Assembly (NCBI GenBank): GCA_936914845.1
Contig: CAKZGE010000004.1
Coordinates: 409,658 to 473,657, forward strand
Direction of reading: 5' to 3'
DNA length: 64,000 nt
From: an uncultured Chloracidobacterium sp.
Lineage (GTDB): Bacteria; Acidobacteriota; Blastocatellia; Pyrinomonadales; Pyrinomonadaceae
Part shown: piece by piece, positions 40,036-50,278 of the stretch
How the letters are laid out: the number at the start of each line of letters is the position of its first letter
How positions within the stretch are numbered: the stretch's first letter is position 1
The notes under the pieces: model-generated
What the model saw: the letters and a program-made list of their open reading frames with translations, nothing else
Databases searched by the model: none
Told to the model about the DNA's origin: nothing
Program-made: the position numbers and the translations under genes

Positions 40036-41085
40036 TCAAGCGGGAAAAACGCTCGATTCACGTATGATCAGTTCGCAGCCGAGGATCTTTTCGGAGCGTC
40101 CGAGGTCATTGGCTGCTATGCGCTTCAAGAGCATTTCGGCCGCGAGTTTGCCCTGCAGACGCATGGGCTGGCGAACGGTCGTCAGCGAAGGCATTGTGTG
40201 CACGGCCATCGGCGTGTCATCAAAACCAACAATTGCGATGTCCTGCGGAATCGAAAGGCCTGCTTCTTTGACGGCGGTCATTGCGCCGACGGCGGTGAAA
40301 TCATTTCGTGCGAAAACGGCCGTTGGAGCATTCGGAAGCGAGAGAAGACGTTTCATGCCTTCATAGCCGATCTTTTCAGTCGAATAGCCGGGGACATCAA
40401 ATTTTGTCGTGCTGCCGCCGGTGATCAATCTTTCGTCCACCTCAAAGCCGTGCTGTTCGAGAGCTTCCAGATAACCCTGCAGACGCTTTAGAGTCGAACG
40501 GTTCTCATAAACGGCCCCTAAAAATGCGATACGTTTGTGGCCGAGGTCGATCAAATGCCGAGTGGCTTCAAATCCGCCGGCAAAATTATCAGTTGCGACC
40601 GAATCTATCTGTTCGTGAACAAGATCGCGGCCGACCACGACGACGGCCATGCTGCTTTCGGCAATGCTGCGGAGTTTTTCATCTCCTTCTGTATTTGAGC
40701 GGGTAGCCACGATTATTCCATCAACATTATGATCGGCGAGCGACTCAAAGGCTGCGATGTCTTCTTCGGCGCTATGTTCGCTGATGCAGATAAAAAGATT
40801 GTAGCCGCGAAGAGCAAGTGTTTCGCGGACGGCATTTGCCAGTTCTGTGGCGTAGGGGTTTGAGATGTCGCCGATGACGAGCCCGACGGTGTCTGTCCGC
40901 TGCCGTTTCAGATTGCGGGCCACACCGTTTCGGCGGTAATTCATTTCTTTTACAACGGCAAGTACCTTTTCGCGGGTTTCTTCGCTAACGTAGCCGGACC
41001 GGTTCACGACACGCGAGACCGTCATCGTGGCAACACCGCTGCGGCGTGCGATATCCGTTAGTGTAGCTTGTTTTCGTTTTGCCAT
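40036..41085 (-). CDS. LacI family transcriptional regulator
   Basis: 349 aa. N-terminal HTH (ATLTDIARRSGVATMTVSRVVN) and a periplasmic-binding-protein-like sugar-binding core. Confidence 0.85.
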   Translation of the reverse strand: MAKRKQATLTDIARRSGVATMTVSRVVNRSGYVSEETREKVLAVVKEMNYRRNGVARNLKRQRTDTVGLVIGDISNPYATELANAVRETLALRGYNLFICISEHSAEEDIAAFESLADHNVDGIIVATRSNTEGDEKLRSIAESSMAVVVVGRDLVHEQIDSVATDNFAGGFEATRHLIDLGHKRIAFLGAVYENRSTLKRLQGYLEALEQHGFEVDERLITGGSTTKFDVPGYSTEKIGYEGMKRLLSLPNAPTAVFARNDFTAVGAMTAVKEAGLSIPQDIAIVGFDDTPMAVHTMPSLTTVRQPMRLQGKLAAEMLLKRIAANDLGRSEKILGCELIIRESSVFPA

Positions 41086-41116
41086 GCTGTAAGTCGTGTT
41101 AAAACCGGAGAAATTG

Positions 41117-41130
41117 AGTTAACGTTAACT
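41117..41130. promoter_or_regulatory. candidate LacI-family operator (perfect palindrome AGTTAACGTTAACT with central CG)
   Basis: Perfect 14-bp palindrome 32 bp upstream of the LacI start. Matches the generic LacI-family operator core AA-CG-TT. Confidence 0.5.
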
Positions 41131-41286
41131 TAATATCACACAGGCCTTATGAATTGCAAGGCTATGCTGCCGAAAAGATCACGGGAATGAAATGAGAACA
41201 GTGCCGGAATGGGCCATGAAGCGCGAAAAAAGCAGAAGACCGACACGGATGTCGCATCTTCTGCCTAAAAAAGCCGCGATAGAGTT

Positions 41287-43242
41287 TTATTGGTCGTCGA
41301 AGACGCCGCTCAGATCATTAAGTTTCGATCCGTATTCTCGTGACGCCATAGCACTCGGCGAAAAAGAGATGCGGCGTCTTTCGGTCAAACGGCCGTCGCG
41401 GAGCGAGCCCTCAACGATCTCATAACCCATCAGAGCAAGAATTCGGTTGCCAATGAAGATCGGCCGCGAATTGCCATACCAATCTACGCACGACGCTCGG
41501 CAGCCATCATTTTGGTCAACAGATTCGGCATTCAATTCGCCGGCGACCGAAAGGTGGAGACCGGTGTTTCGCAAAAAGATCATTGAGCTGGAATTTTCAC
41601 GAAGCTGGCGATAGCCGGGTCGCTGGCTGCGGGCGATGGGCAATCCCAAGATCCCAGAATCGCGACCGGTTGAGCGATAGAAGAAACCGTGGCTGCGTGT
41701 TTCGCTTTGAGCGGCATCGCGGCGTATGAAGGGTGCACGCAATTCCGGCGCACCAGCTAGAGACACAGGGGTAAAGTAGAGGTCGTTCTTTGCCGGGCCG
41801 ATGACAATGGCATCATCGCCGAGCTGTTCGATGCGGCTGATGTGGTGAGGGACCGCAAGTTTTGAGGTGTCGCCCGTACGCCAATTGACCACATTCAGAT
41901 CTTTGTCGGGCCGCAAGTTTTTCTTTTCATTGAACCAGGTATCTCCGCTGCCGTAGAGCAGATGGTCGCCGACGAACCGGTTCTGCAAAGAATAATCTTG
42001 CGGAGCATCCAATTTAAGATAGGCACCACGGCGGGTATTTTCGCTGCCGTCGCCGAATTCGCTGAGACTAAGTCTCAAAAGAGCCGCATTGCCTTCAGAA
42101 ACCTCGGCATTCCACATTGAATCGCCATAGAAATCCTTTCGGACAAAGACATTCAGATTGCCCTCGCTTTCGAGGAAAGAGAATTGATCCACCGGGCCGC
42201 CGGCGGCTCCGATAGCGCTCGGAGCAGACGCATCGAGCGGCATCCGGAACAGCATCGAACCGGCTTCGGCATCATGATAAGAGGTGCCGGTCCAAACATA
42301 GACCGAATTCGCGGAAACGTAGAAGACGCGGCCCCACGAACCGAGAACTCCGGTGCCTTTGCATTCGAGCGAGCCGGTGCCGATATCGCAAGACGTTACT
42401 GTGTGGAGAGTGGTATAGTCGCCGATGTCGCGGCTTGGCCGATAGATATTGACCCCGCTGAGAACAGGTCGAAAATCTCCGGGCACATTTTTGCCGGTCC
42501 AGCGGCGAACGGCCGGAATGCCGCTTACTTCCGATCCGTTAAAGCCAAGATAGGTCGGTGTGTAGAATACAAGTTTGTTTCCGATAAGGCGGCTGGCATA
42601 ATTGCGCGAAGAGTAATAGTCGTTCGAACGCAGATGATAGGTTGCATTGTAAGATAGACGCCCTTCCGGTGTGATCTTGAACATATTTAGTTCGGTTCCG
42701 CCGCGTGAATAGCTAAATCCGATGACGACGATGTTATCGCCGGAGATAAGCATTTCGTCGTACCAATCACCGCTCGGTGAAACGCCGGGGGCGAAAGCAT
42801 TGATAAGTGAAACCGGTTTAAGCGAATTATCTCCGATGCGAACAGTAAAGAGACGTCCGCGGCGAAGGATCACCAGGTGGTCGCCGTGATTTTTGACGAT
42901 GCCGCCTTCATCAACCCCGGCAGTTTGATTGTTGGTGATCGATTCCTCTGCCTTTGATTCCTTAGCGGCTGACGATGTCGGTGCGGCGGCGGAATCTGTA
43001 GTTGCAGCATTGGCGGCCACCGACCTCTTAGCTTTTCGTTGCTCTTTAAAGAATTGGACGAACGCGGCTTCGGAGCTGAAGGGCTTCATCGTCTTTTGCG
43101 GTTTAGGGTCGGCCGCGGATATGATCTGCGGATCTTCTGCGGCAAGGGAAGTATTTGAAACGGTGCGGATGCTGGAGACCGCAAATACGGCGGCGGTGGC
43201 CGCTGCGGCTGCGATCAAAACTGAAACAATGATTCGGTTCAT
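41287..43242 (-). CDS. secreted beta-propeller domain protein (Beta_propel/PF09826-like)
   Basis: 651 aa. Signal peptide. NNQTAGVDEGGIVKNHGDHL motif resembling the GVDExDIVKxDG signature of the 'secreted beta-propeller' family. Family recalled from memory. Confidence 0.4.
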   Translation of the reverse strand: MNRIIVSVLIAAAAATAAVFAVSSIRTVSNTSLAAEDPQIISAADPKPQKTMKPFSSEAAFVQFFKEQRKAKRSVAANAATTDSAAAPTSSAAKESKAEESITNNQTAGVDEGGIVKNHGDHLVILRRGRLFTVRIGDNSLKPVSLINAFAPGVSPSGDWYDEMLISGDNIVVIGFSYSRGGTELNMFKITPEGRLSYNATYHLRSNDYYSSRNYASRLIGNKLVFYTPTYLGFNGSEVSGIPAVRRWTGKNVPGDFRPVLSGVNIYRPSRDIGDYTTLHTVTSCDIGTGSLECKGTGVLGSWGRVFYVSANSVYVWTGTSYHDAEAGSMLFRMPLDASAPSAIGAAGGPVDQFSFLESEGNLNVFVRKDFYGDSMWNAEVSEGNAALLRLSLSEFGDGSENTRRGAYLKLDAPQDYSLQNRFVGDHLLYGSGDTWFNEKKNLRPDKDLNVVNWRTGDTSKLAVPHHISRIEQLGDDAIVIGPAKNDLYFTPVSLAGAPELRAPFIRRDAAQSETRSHGFFYRSTGRDSGILGLPIARSQRPGYRQLRENSSSMIFLRNTGLHLSVAGELNAESVDQNDGCRASCVDWYGNSRPIFIGNRILALMGYEIVEGSLRDGRLTERRRISFSPSAMASREYGSKLNDLSGVFDDQ

Positions 43243-43378
43243 AAAAAGCCTCTCTCAAAGATGTAAATTCGCTTGTACCATTTACGGAACGCATCAAGAG
43301 AGAGAGGCTTGCAAAGTTTTAAAAAGAAAAAGGGCAGTGCGGTCATACACTGCCCGAAAGGTGATGATGCTTTTCTCT

Positions 43379-46186
43379 TTACAAAGCAGCACCGTGACAT
43401 TTTTTGAATTTCTTACCGGAACCGCAATAGCACGGATCATTCGGTTTTACTTTAGGCTGGTCACGAACGAACGGGGTTGCCTTCGCGGCTTCTTCGCCCG
43501 CCGATGCGGCCGTTGACATCGCACCGGTAAAGGCCATGCCGGCAGCTTGTTTGCGGGCCCGCTGTTGCTCAAGACGCTCCAACCTTTCCATTTCAGCCTG
43601 TTCATCGCGTTGGACGATCTCTAGGTGGAACAAGGCTTTGGTGGTGTTCGTGTCGATGCGGTCAAGCATGTCCTGAAACATCGTGAACGATTGTTTTTTA
43701 TATTCCACCAACGGATCTTTCTGGCCGTAGCCGACCAATCCGATACCTTGTTTTACCTGATCGATCGACAATAAATGATCTTTCCATTGAGAATCGATGA
43801 TATTCAACATGATATAGCGTTCGTATGCACGGAGGCTTTCTTCGCCGGCAAGAGCTTCTTTTTCGGCATAGGAGCCAACGGCCTTTTCCCAAATAAGGTC
43901 TTGAACCTCATCGGCCGTCATGGTTTTGAAATCAACGCCGGCATCTTCTGCCGGATCGATCGCATAAATGCTTTCGATCTCCGCCGCGTAAGTATTTACG
44001 TCCCATTGATCGGGGCTGAGCGTAAGCGGCAACAGGTTATCTGTCAGATCGTGAAGAAGATCGCGAGCAACACCATTTTCGCCAAGTAGATATTCGCGAT
44101 GTTCCGGTTCGAACATCAGCTGGCGACGCAGGCCGTAGATGGTCTCACGCTGTTTGTTCATCACGTCGTCATATTTCAGAACATGTTTACGTGTTTCAAA
44201 ATTGCGGGCTTCGACGGCCTTCTGTGCCCGTTCGATCTGTTTAGAGACCGTTTTTGATTCGATCGACTGGCCTTTTTCCATACCGAGCCATTCCATCATC
44301 GAGCGAACCTTGTCGCCCGCAAAGATGCGCATCAGATCGTCTTCCAGCGACAGCATAAAGCGCGAAGAACCGGGATCGCCTTGGCGTCCGGCACGGCCGC
44401 GAAGCTGGTTATCGATACGACGCGATTCGTGGCGTTCGGTTCCTAAAATATGCAAGCCGCCGGCGGTGACGACCTCCTTGTGTTCGGCTTCGACCACAGC
44501 CTTTGCTTTTCTCAGCTCTTCTTCGAGCTGTTCGGGCGTAGCATTGTCCGGGTTGATCTCTTGACGCTTGAGATATTCTTCTGCAAGAAATTCCGGGTTG
44601 CCGCCGAGGAGAATATCGGTACCGCGGCCGGCCATGTTAGTGGCAATGGTGACGGCCCCTTTGCGTCCGGCCTGAGCGACGATCTCTGCTTCGCGTTCGT
44701 GATACTTAGCATTAAGAACGTTGTGTTTGATGCCGACCTCCGCAAGTTTGCGGGCGATCAACTCCGAATTTTCTACCGAAACCGTACCGACGAGCACCGG
44801 TTGACCGCGTTCGTGGAATTCTTTGATCTCTTCGACGACGGCGTCCCATTTTTCGTCGAGCGTGCGATATATCTTATCCGGATTGTCTTTACGCACCATT
44901 GAGCGGTTCGTAGGAATGATGACAACATCGATCCCGTAAGTAGTGCCGAATTCTTCGGCTTCGGTCTCTGCCGTACCGGTCATACCGGACAGCTTTTCAT
45001 ACATACGGAAATAATTTTGCAGAGTGATGGTCGCCAGCGTCTGATTTTCTTTTTCGATCTTGACGCCTTCTTTTGCTTCGACCGCTTGGTGAAGCCCATC
45101 AGACCAGCGTCGTCCTTGCATCAATCGGCCGGTAAAATCATCGACAATGATGACCTCGCCTTCCTGCACGACGTAATGATGATCCTTTTTATAAAGTGTG
45201 TGGGCCTTGAGGGCTTGTTCAACGCAGTGAAGCAAGTCCATATTTGCCGGATCATAGAGATTAGAAACGCCGAGCAAACGTTCTGCTTTTGAAACGCCTT
45301 GTTCGGTCAATACCGAAGAATGATTCTTTTCATCCAAAAGGTAATCGCCAGTGGTTACTTTGGTCTCTTCGTCTTTGTGGCCTTTTTCGAGATTCGGGAT
45401 GATCTCATTGGCAGCGTAGTATTTATCGGTCGCCTCATCGGTGGCTCCCGAAATGATAAGCGGCGTACGTGCCTCATCGATCAGGATCGAATCGACCTCG
45501 TCGATGATCGCGAAATAATGGTCCCGCTGGACGAGCGATTCGACGTCGAACTTCATATTGTCGCGTAGATAATCGAAGCCGAATTCGTTATTGGTTCCGT
45601 AAGTGATGTCTGAGCCATACGCTTCTTTGCGTTCGACATCATCCATGTCGTTCTGAATGCAGCCAACGGTCAGGCCGAGAAACTGGTGAATGCGGCCCAT
45701 CCATTCAGCATCTCGCGAAGCGAGGTAATCATTTACAGTGACGACGTGGACACCGCGTCCGGTAAGAGCGTTCAGGTAAGACGGAAGTGTTGCCACAAGC
45801 GTTTTACCTTCACCGGTGCGCATTTCGGCAATGCGGCCTTCGTGCAGGGCGATGCCGCCGATCAGCTGAACATCAAAGTGGCGCATATCGGTTACGCGCT
45901 TTGAAGCTTCGCGAACGGTCGCAAAAGCTTCGGGCAGGATCTTTCTCAAGATCTCTTGTTCCGCTTTGCGGCGTTCCGTGCCGTCGGTGATTCCCTCGAG
46001 CCGGGAAGCGATCATTTGTTTGAATTTAGGCGTTTGTGCCTTTAGCTCTTCATCGGAAAGCTTTTGAATATCGGCTTCGAGTGCGTTGATCTCAACAACG
46101 ATCGATTTGACCTTTTTTAGAAAGATGTCGCTGCTTGAACCAAATATCTTTTTAACTATTTTGTCTGCAAAACTATTAACTGCCAT
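43379..46186 (-). CDS. secA: preprotein translocase ATPase
   Basis: 935 aa. DEAD-like motor motifs ([24 protein letters not shown]), and a C-terminal zinc-binding tail [14 protein letters not shown]. Confidence 0.95.
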   Translation of the reverse strand: MAVNSFADKIVKKIFGSSSDIFLKKVKSIVVEINALEADIQKLSDEELKAQTPKFKQMIASRLEGITDGTERRKAEQEILRKILPEAFATVREASKRVTDMRHFDVQLIGGIALHEGRIAEMRTGEGKTLVATLPSYLNALTGRGVHVVTVNDYLASRDAEWMGRIHQFLGLTVGCIQNDMDDVERKEAYGSDITYGTNNEFGFDYLRDNMKFDVESLVQRDHYFAIIDEVDSILIDEARTPLIISGATDEATDKYYAANEIIPNLEKGHKDEETKVTTGDYLLDEKNHSSVLTEQGVSKAERLLGVSNLYDPANMDLLHCVEQALKAHTLYKKDHHYVVQEGEVIIVDDFTGRLMQGRRWSDGLHQAVEAKEGVKIEKENQTLATITLQNYFRMYEKLSGMTGTAETEAEEFGTTYGIDVVIIPTNRSMVRKDNPDKIYRTLDEKWDAVVEEIKEFHERGQPVLVGTVSVENSELIARKLAEVGIKHNVLNAKYHEREAEIVAQAGRKGAVTIATNMAGRGTDILLGGNPEFLAEEYLKRQEINPDNATPEQLEEELRKAKAVVEAEHKEVVTAGGLHILGTERHESRRIDNQLRGRAGRQGDPGSSRFMLSLEDDLMRIFAGDKVRSMMEWLGMEKGQSIESKTVSKQIERAQKAVEARNFETRKHVLKYDDVMNKQRETIYGLRRQLMFEPEHREYLLGENGVARDLLHDLTDNLLPLTLSPDQWDVNTYAAEIESIYAIDPAEDAGVDFKTMTADEVQDLIWEKAVGSYAEKEALAGEESLRAYERYIMLNIIDSQWKDHLLSIDQVKQGIGLVGYGQKDPLVEYKKQSFTMFQDMLDRIDTNTTKALFHLEIVQRDEQAEMERLERLEQQRARKQAAGMAFTGAMSTAASAGEEAAKATPFVRDQPKVKPNDPCYCGSGKKFKKCHGAAL

Positions 46187-46307
46187 AGAACCTCTTTTAT
46201 CTAATCCTCGCCGAAAGCCCGGCCGCTCTCATTCGAGATGAGAAAGACGGCCGCTCTGCCGGGATCTTTTTATGTTGATCGGTGCCGAAACGACGTCCGT
46301 TCGGCGG

Positions 46308-47003
46308 CTAGGCGAGAATATCCGATATATCCGAGCGTGCAAGACTGGTGGCAATGATCACTTTAGTATCATCGACCTTTGATGTCGTGTTGGCTTTGAC
46401 TATTTGCCGAGGGCGGCTTTTAAGATCGCGACTGACCGTATTGAGATAACCATCGATCGCTTCGGCCAACAGGGCGGCGTGCGAGGGGCTGTCAGTATTT
46501 ACCGTAATCGTCAGCGAAATGCCGTCTTTAAAGCGGTATTCGGCATCGATCGCTTCCGGCCGGGCCGTATGAAATTTGCCGGCACCGACGCGCACCTTTT
46601 CTTTCAGCAAAGCCCTTGAAAAAGCGAGCGTGTGTTTCTCTAAGGCTTGGCGGGCCAATTTGTTTGAAATGTTCCCGCCGCCAAGGAAGGAAGGTTTAGA
46701 GGTCTTTTCGTCAAAGCTTAAACTTTCGATCGTGAAAGACGACGATGCGGCCCAATCAAACTTCTTTTTTTCCGAAAGGCGGTCGAGGTCTTTTACAAGG
46801 GCAACGATCGATTCGCCGAATAGATCATCCGGATCTGTATCGAGCGGTTCGGCATATTCGATCTCTTCGCGAATATCGAAATACCGCGTTGTCGCGGCCG
46901 GATTAGCAAAAGCAGACGCCGGAGCACCCGCCAGCATCAGGCCGAGATAGACGCCCAATGTAGCGATGATCAGGATCGAATTGTTGCTTTTGCGATCGTT
47001 CAC
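46308..47003 (-). CDS. hypothetical secreted protein
   Basis: 231 aa. Signal peptide. No recognisable motifs. Translationally coupled (4-nt gap) to the upstream hypothetical gene. Confidence 0.4.
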   Translation of the reverse strand: MNDRKSNNSILIIATLGVYLGLMLAGAPASAFANPAATTRYFDIREEIEYAEPLDTDPDDLFGESIVALVKDLDRLSEKKKFDWAASSSFTIESLSFDEKTSKPSFLGGGNISNKLARQALEKHTLAFSRALLKEKVRVGAGKFHTARPEAIDAEYRFKDGISLTITVNTDSPSHAALLAEAIDGYLNTVSRDLKSRPRQIVKANTTSKVDDTKVIIATSLARSDISDILA

Positions 47004-47006
47004 AAG

Positions 47007-48353
47007 CTATCTTTTGGCAGTATTGTTACTGCCTGCCGGTTTTACGGCGTTATTCATAGTGTCGTCTTTTGAACGCGACTCCGCAAGCTTACGTTGAATA
47101 AGGTCTTGCAGTTTCTGCTTCGGCCCTTGGATCTTCAAAACAAATGTCTTGCCCTTTGATGTTGGGGAAGCGAGTGAAAGAAACTCTTTTTCATCTCCGC
47201 CGGCCACCGCACCTGCTACCAGCAACAAGTTCGAAAGGGCACCGGCGGCATTGTCCGCAGCACTTTCTGAAGCTTCCACCGCCAGCAAATTGACGATGAA
47301 TTCGTTATCATTCTGCTCGATGGATATGGTAATGTCTTTCGATTTTACGTTTACCTTTTCGAGATATCCAAGCCATCCGGCATCTGCCGCGGCAATGACC
47401 GCTTCCATCGCCAGCTTCTCCATGGCCGGATCCGAAGGAGGGTCGTTCGGCGAAATGACCGGTTTAACGTTCGTCAGAACAACTACTTGGTCTTTGTTTC
47501 GCGTCAGTGTTCCGCGAACGGTCGCTTTGAAATTACGGGTAATGTCGATCGATTTATCGTCGATACCTTTGAGCACCGAAGCCCCGAAACGTTTGATCGG
47601 AAGTTTGTTGATAACAACCCCGTAGGCATCGGCTTTGGGAGCTTCGCCGGCCGGAGTTGATGCCGGTGTCGGCGTGGGCTTTGCCTGGGCGGTTTGGTCG
47701 CCGCCGGGCCTGTTTTTCCCCTGGCCTTTTCGCGTAGGATTGTCGCCGGCCGGTGTTTCATCATCGCCGGTATCAAAGCCGCCGACCACATCCCCATCCA
47801 AAGCATTCGGATTAGATCTGGGTAATTTCTGCTTTTTATCCAGGACGCCGCCGGTATTTGACGGCGGAGGGTTGAAAGCGGGCATTGGCGAACCGATCGC
47901 AGGCGGCATTCCGGCCGTCGGATCATTTGCCATCTGCTGCTGCATAGCGAACTGAACCGGATTGGCGATCTGAAAATAGCCTGGCGGATAGGTCAGCGGA
48001 GCATTCGAACCGCCGACATCAATGAAGGTAATGTCCGCATCTTCGAGTTCCGTCTTTTCGTATTCAAATTCGGCATATTCGCGCTCGGTTCCGGCCAAGA
48101 CGGTAGCAACATAAACGGTATCAAGAACCTGGCAGACACGGCTGACAAAGAAGCCGTCGCAGCCGCGGGCGGTCAGAATATTCGTTTGTGCCATTAAAGC
48201 AAAGGTCGCGAATACACCGATAGCCGAGGCCGCAAATATCTTATAGATCCGCGGGCTCAGCACCCATCGGCCTACCTCGTAATTGGCGAAAATGTCGCCC
48301 TCTTGCGGTGCCGGCACTTCCGGTTCAATGTCTTGTAAATGCTGCTCGAACAT
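47007..48353 (-). CDS. hypothetical membrane-anchored protein with central Pro/Gly/Thr-rich linker
   Basis: 448 aa. One N-terminal TM segment, a low-complexity PTPTPASTPAGEAP linker, and a C-terminal globular region. No family recognised. Confidence 0.4.
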   Translation of the reverse strand: MFEQHLQDIEPEVPAPQEGDIFANYEVGRWVLSPRIYKIFAASAIGVFATFALMAQTNILTARGCDGFFVSRVCQVLDTVYVATVLAGTEREYAEFEYEKTELEDADITFIDVGGSNAPLTYPPGYFQIANPVQFAMQQQMANDPTAGMPPAIGSPMPAFNPPPSNTGGVLDKKQKLPRSNPNALDGDVVGGFDTGDDETPAGDNPTRKGQGKNRPGGDQTAQAKPTPTPASTPAGEAPKADAYGVVINKLPIKRFGASVLKGIDDKSIDITRNFKATVRGTLTRNKDQVVVLTNVKPVISPNDPPSDPAMEKLAMEAVIAAADAGWLGYLEKVNVKSKDITISIEQNDNEFIVNLLAVEASESAADNAAGALSNLLLVAGAVAGGDEKEFLSLASPTSKGKTFVLKIQGPKQKLQDLIQRKLAESRSKDDTMNNAVKPAGSNNTAKR

Positions 48354-48521
48354 AACTTTAATATTGCCGTCTGAAACTTTGCCATGTCATAGGCGACCCC
48401 GGCAAACAGTTTAGACGCATAGAGCCGCCCCAGCGTTGCGGCACAAATTATTATTTTAACATTTTGGACGGTCAAATGAAAGATTAGACTTCCCCGAAAG
48501 AAAGGTCTATATTCACACCAT

Positions 48522-49385
48522 ATGCCGAGGCCAAAGAACGATAAACGCAGGCGAGACCGCAAACGCCCGCATCCTTCTAAAGAACGAAATGACAAACGTT
48601 CGCTTGCGGCGGAAAGTTCCGCTTTGCAGGTGCCGCGGCAAACACCCGAACAGCGTGCCGCTGTGGTCGAACTATTAGCCGGCATCGGTGTTCCGGCAAA
48701 GGGTGAATTTAGGCCCGATGATTTTCAACTAGAGGCATTGGAGGCCATCGAACACGAGGACGTGCTGGTTACCGCACCGACCGGCAGCGGTAAGACATGG
48801 ATCGCTCGGGAGGAGATCAGGCGATTGTTAAAGCGCGGATCGCGGGCATTTTATACGACTCCGCTGAAAGCTCTGACAAACTCGAAATATATCGAATTTG
48901 GAACGGAATTCGACTCCGCAAATGTCGGGATCTTGACCGGCGACCGTAAGGAAAATGCTGATGCTCCATTGATAGTAGGCACTACGGAGATATATCGCAA
49001 CCAGCTTTTTGACGCACTTCGCAGCGGCGACCAGGTTAGAACCGATTTTGTGATACTTGATGAGGCACATTATTTGGCTGACGAGGAGCGCGGCCATGTT
49101 TGGGAAGAGGCCATAATCTTGACGCCGCCGCGGATCCGGCTTTTGCTGCTTTCGGCGACGGTCGGCCGGGCGGAAGAATTTGCCCGGTGGATAGGCGAAG
49201 TGCGCGGCACCAAGGTGCGTGTGATCAACCGTGCCGGAACGCGCCCCGTTGAATTGCGTGCCGCATACCTTTCGCCTGCCAGAGAGCTATATCCGCTGCT
49301 TGATGCGAATGGCCGTTATAATCGTGATCTCGACCAATTTGCCAAACAGCCCCGACGCGATCTTGGCCGCCGCCGCCGCTATTGA
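48522..49385 (+). pseudogene. truncated DEAD/DEAH-box (Ski2/Lhr-like) helicase, N-terminal RecA domain only
   Basis: 287 aa. Motifs I (APTGSGKT), II (DEAH in ILDEAHYL) and III (SAT). Ends after domain 1; the helicase C-terminal domain is absent. A basic N-terminal tail is unusual. Either a fragment or a minimal one-domain protein. Confidence 0.5.
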
Positions 49386-49558
49386 AATAGCAGCTTCTAC
49401 ACACTTCGAATTGAATTCATTTCAAAAAAGACGAGGCGGCAGCCTATCAAATACCTGCTTCTATTGAGGATCCGCGTTTTCTAATATCTAGGTTTACGCC
49501 CATTCTAAGAGCCGTAGGTTCAAGCAGCGGACAGCCGCTTTTATTCAAGTTTCTTTCG

Positions 49559-50278
49559 TTGACGGTTGTTTCATCTTTGCAATATACTTTTAAGTCCGGC
49601 ACAAAAACGAGGCCGAGAAATATTGTCGTGGCACAACTAAGTCTGGTCAAATCGGCCTCACAGCTCAAGGAAGAACAAAGCCATTCCGATGAAATAGTTT
49701 TGGAATTTGCGGGTATCGCATTTGCCCGCGGTTCTTTGTCCGAGATCTCTGGCGGAGCTGCTTCCGGCAAGACTGCGATCGCTCTTGCCTTATTGGCCAA
49801 GCTGACGGTTGCCGGAGAAGTATGTGCGGTGGTCGATTCCAGCAACGGATTCGATCCGATCACGGCCGCGGCTGGCGGCGTATTGCTGGAAAATCTGCTG
49901 TGGGTCAGGTGCGGTGGATGCATCGAAAAGGCTTTTATGGCGGCCGATCATCTGGTTCAGGCAAAAGGTTTTGGGGCGATATGGCTTAATCTATGCGGGC
50001 TTTCGCAGCAGAAACTGAGAATGGTGCCAAAGACCTATTGGTATCGATACCGTACCCGAATGAAAGAAACACCCACGCTGATGGTCGTTACAGGAGAAGA
50101 GCCGGTCACCGGATCTGCCTCACAACGATCATTTGTCTTTGAACGAGAAAAGGCGATGTGGTCCGGCAGCGGACGGTTTAAATTGCTTCGTTCGATAAAC
50201 ATTAAAATGGCTTCGCGCAAGCATTATTACGATGGGCCGATCCGGATGCGGATCGAAGCGAATTATGAAAAGGGCTAA
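49559..50278 (+). CDS. imuA: ImuA-like RecA-fold protein (SulA/ImuA family) of the mutagenesis cassette
   Basis: 239 aa. RecA-like degenerate P-loop (GGAASGKTAIALALLAKL). Lies directly upstream of imuB and dnaE2. The start codon is uncertain. Confidence 0.65.
   Translation: MTVVSSLQYTFKSGTKTRPRNIVVAQLSLVKSASQLKEEQSHSDEIVLEFAGIAFARGSLSEISGGAASGKTAIALALLAKLTVAGEVCAVVDSSNGFDPITAAAGGVLLENLLWVRCGGCIEKAFMAADHLVQAKGFGAIWLNLCGLSQQKLRMVPKTYWYRYRTRMKETPTLMVVTGEEPVTGSASQRSFVFEREKAMWSGSGRFKLLRSINIKMASRKHYYDGPIRMRIEANYEKG

Noticed and set aside
49386-49640. Search for a LexA/SOS box upstream of imuA
   Set aside because: No GTTC-N7-GTTC, CTGT-N8-ACAG or CGAAC-N4-GTTCG match was found. Only an 11-bp palindrome GAATTGAATTC (49408-49418) was seen. 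It is too short and uncharacteristic to call an operator without knowing this lineage's LexA motif.
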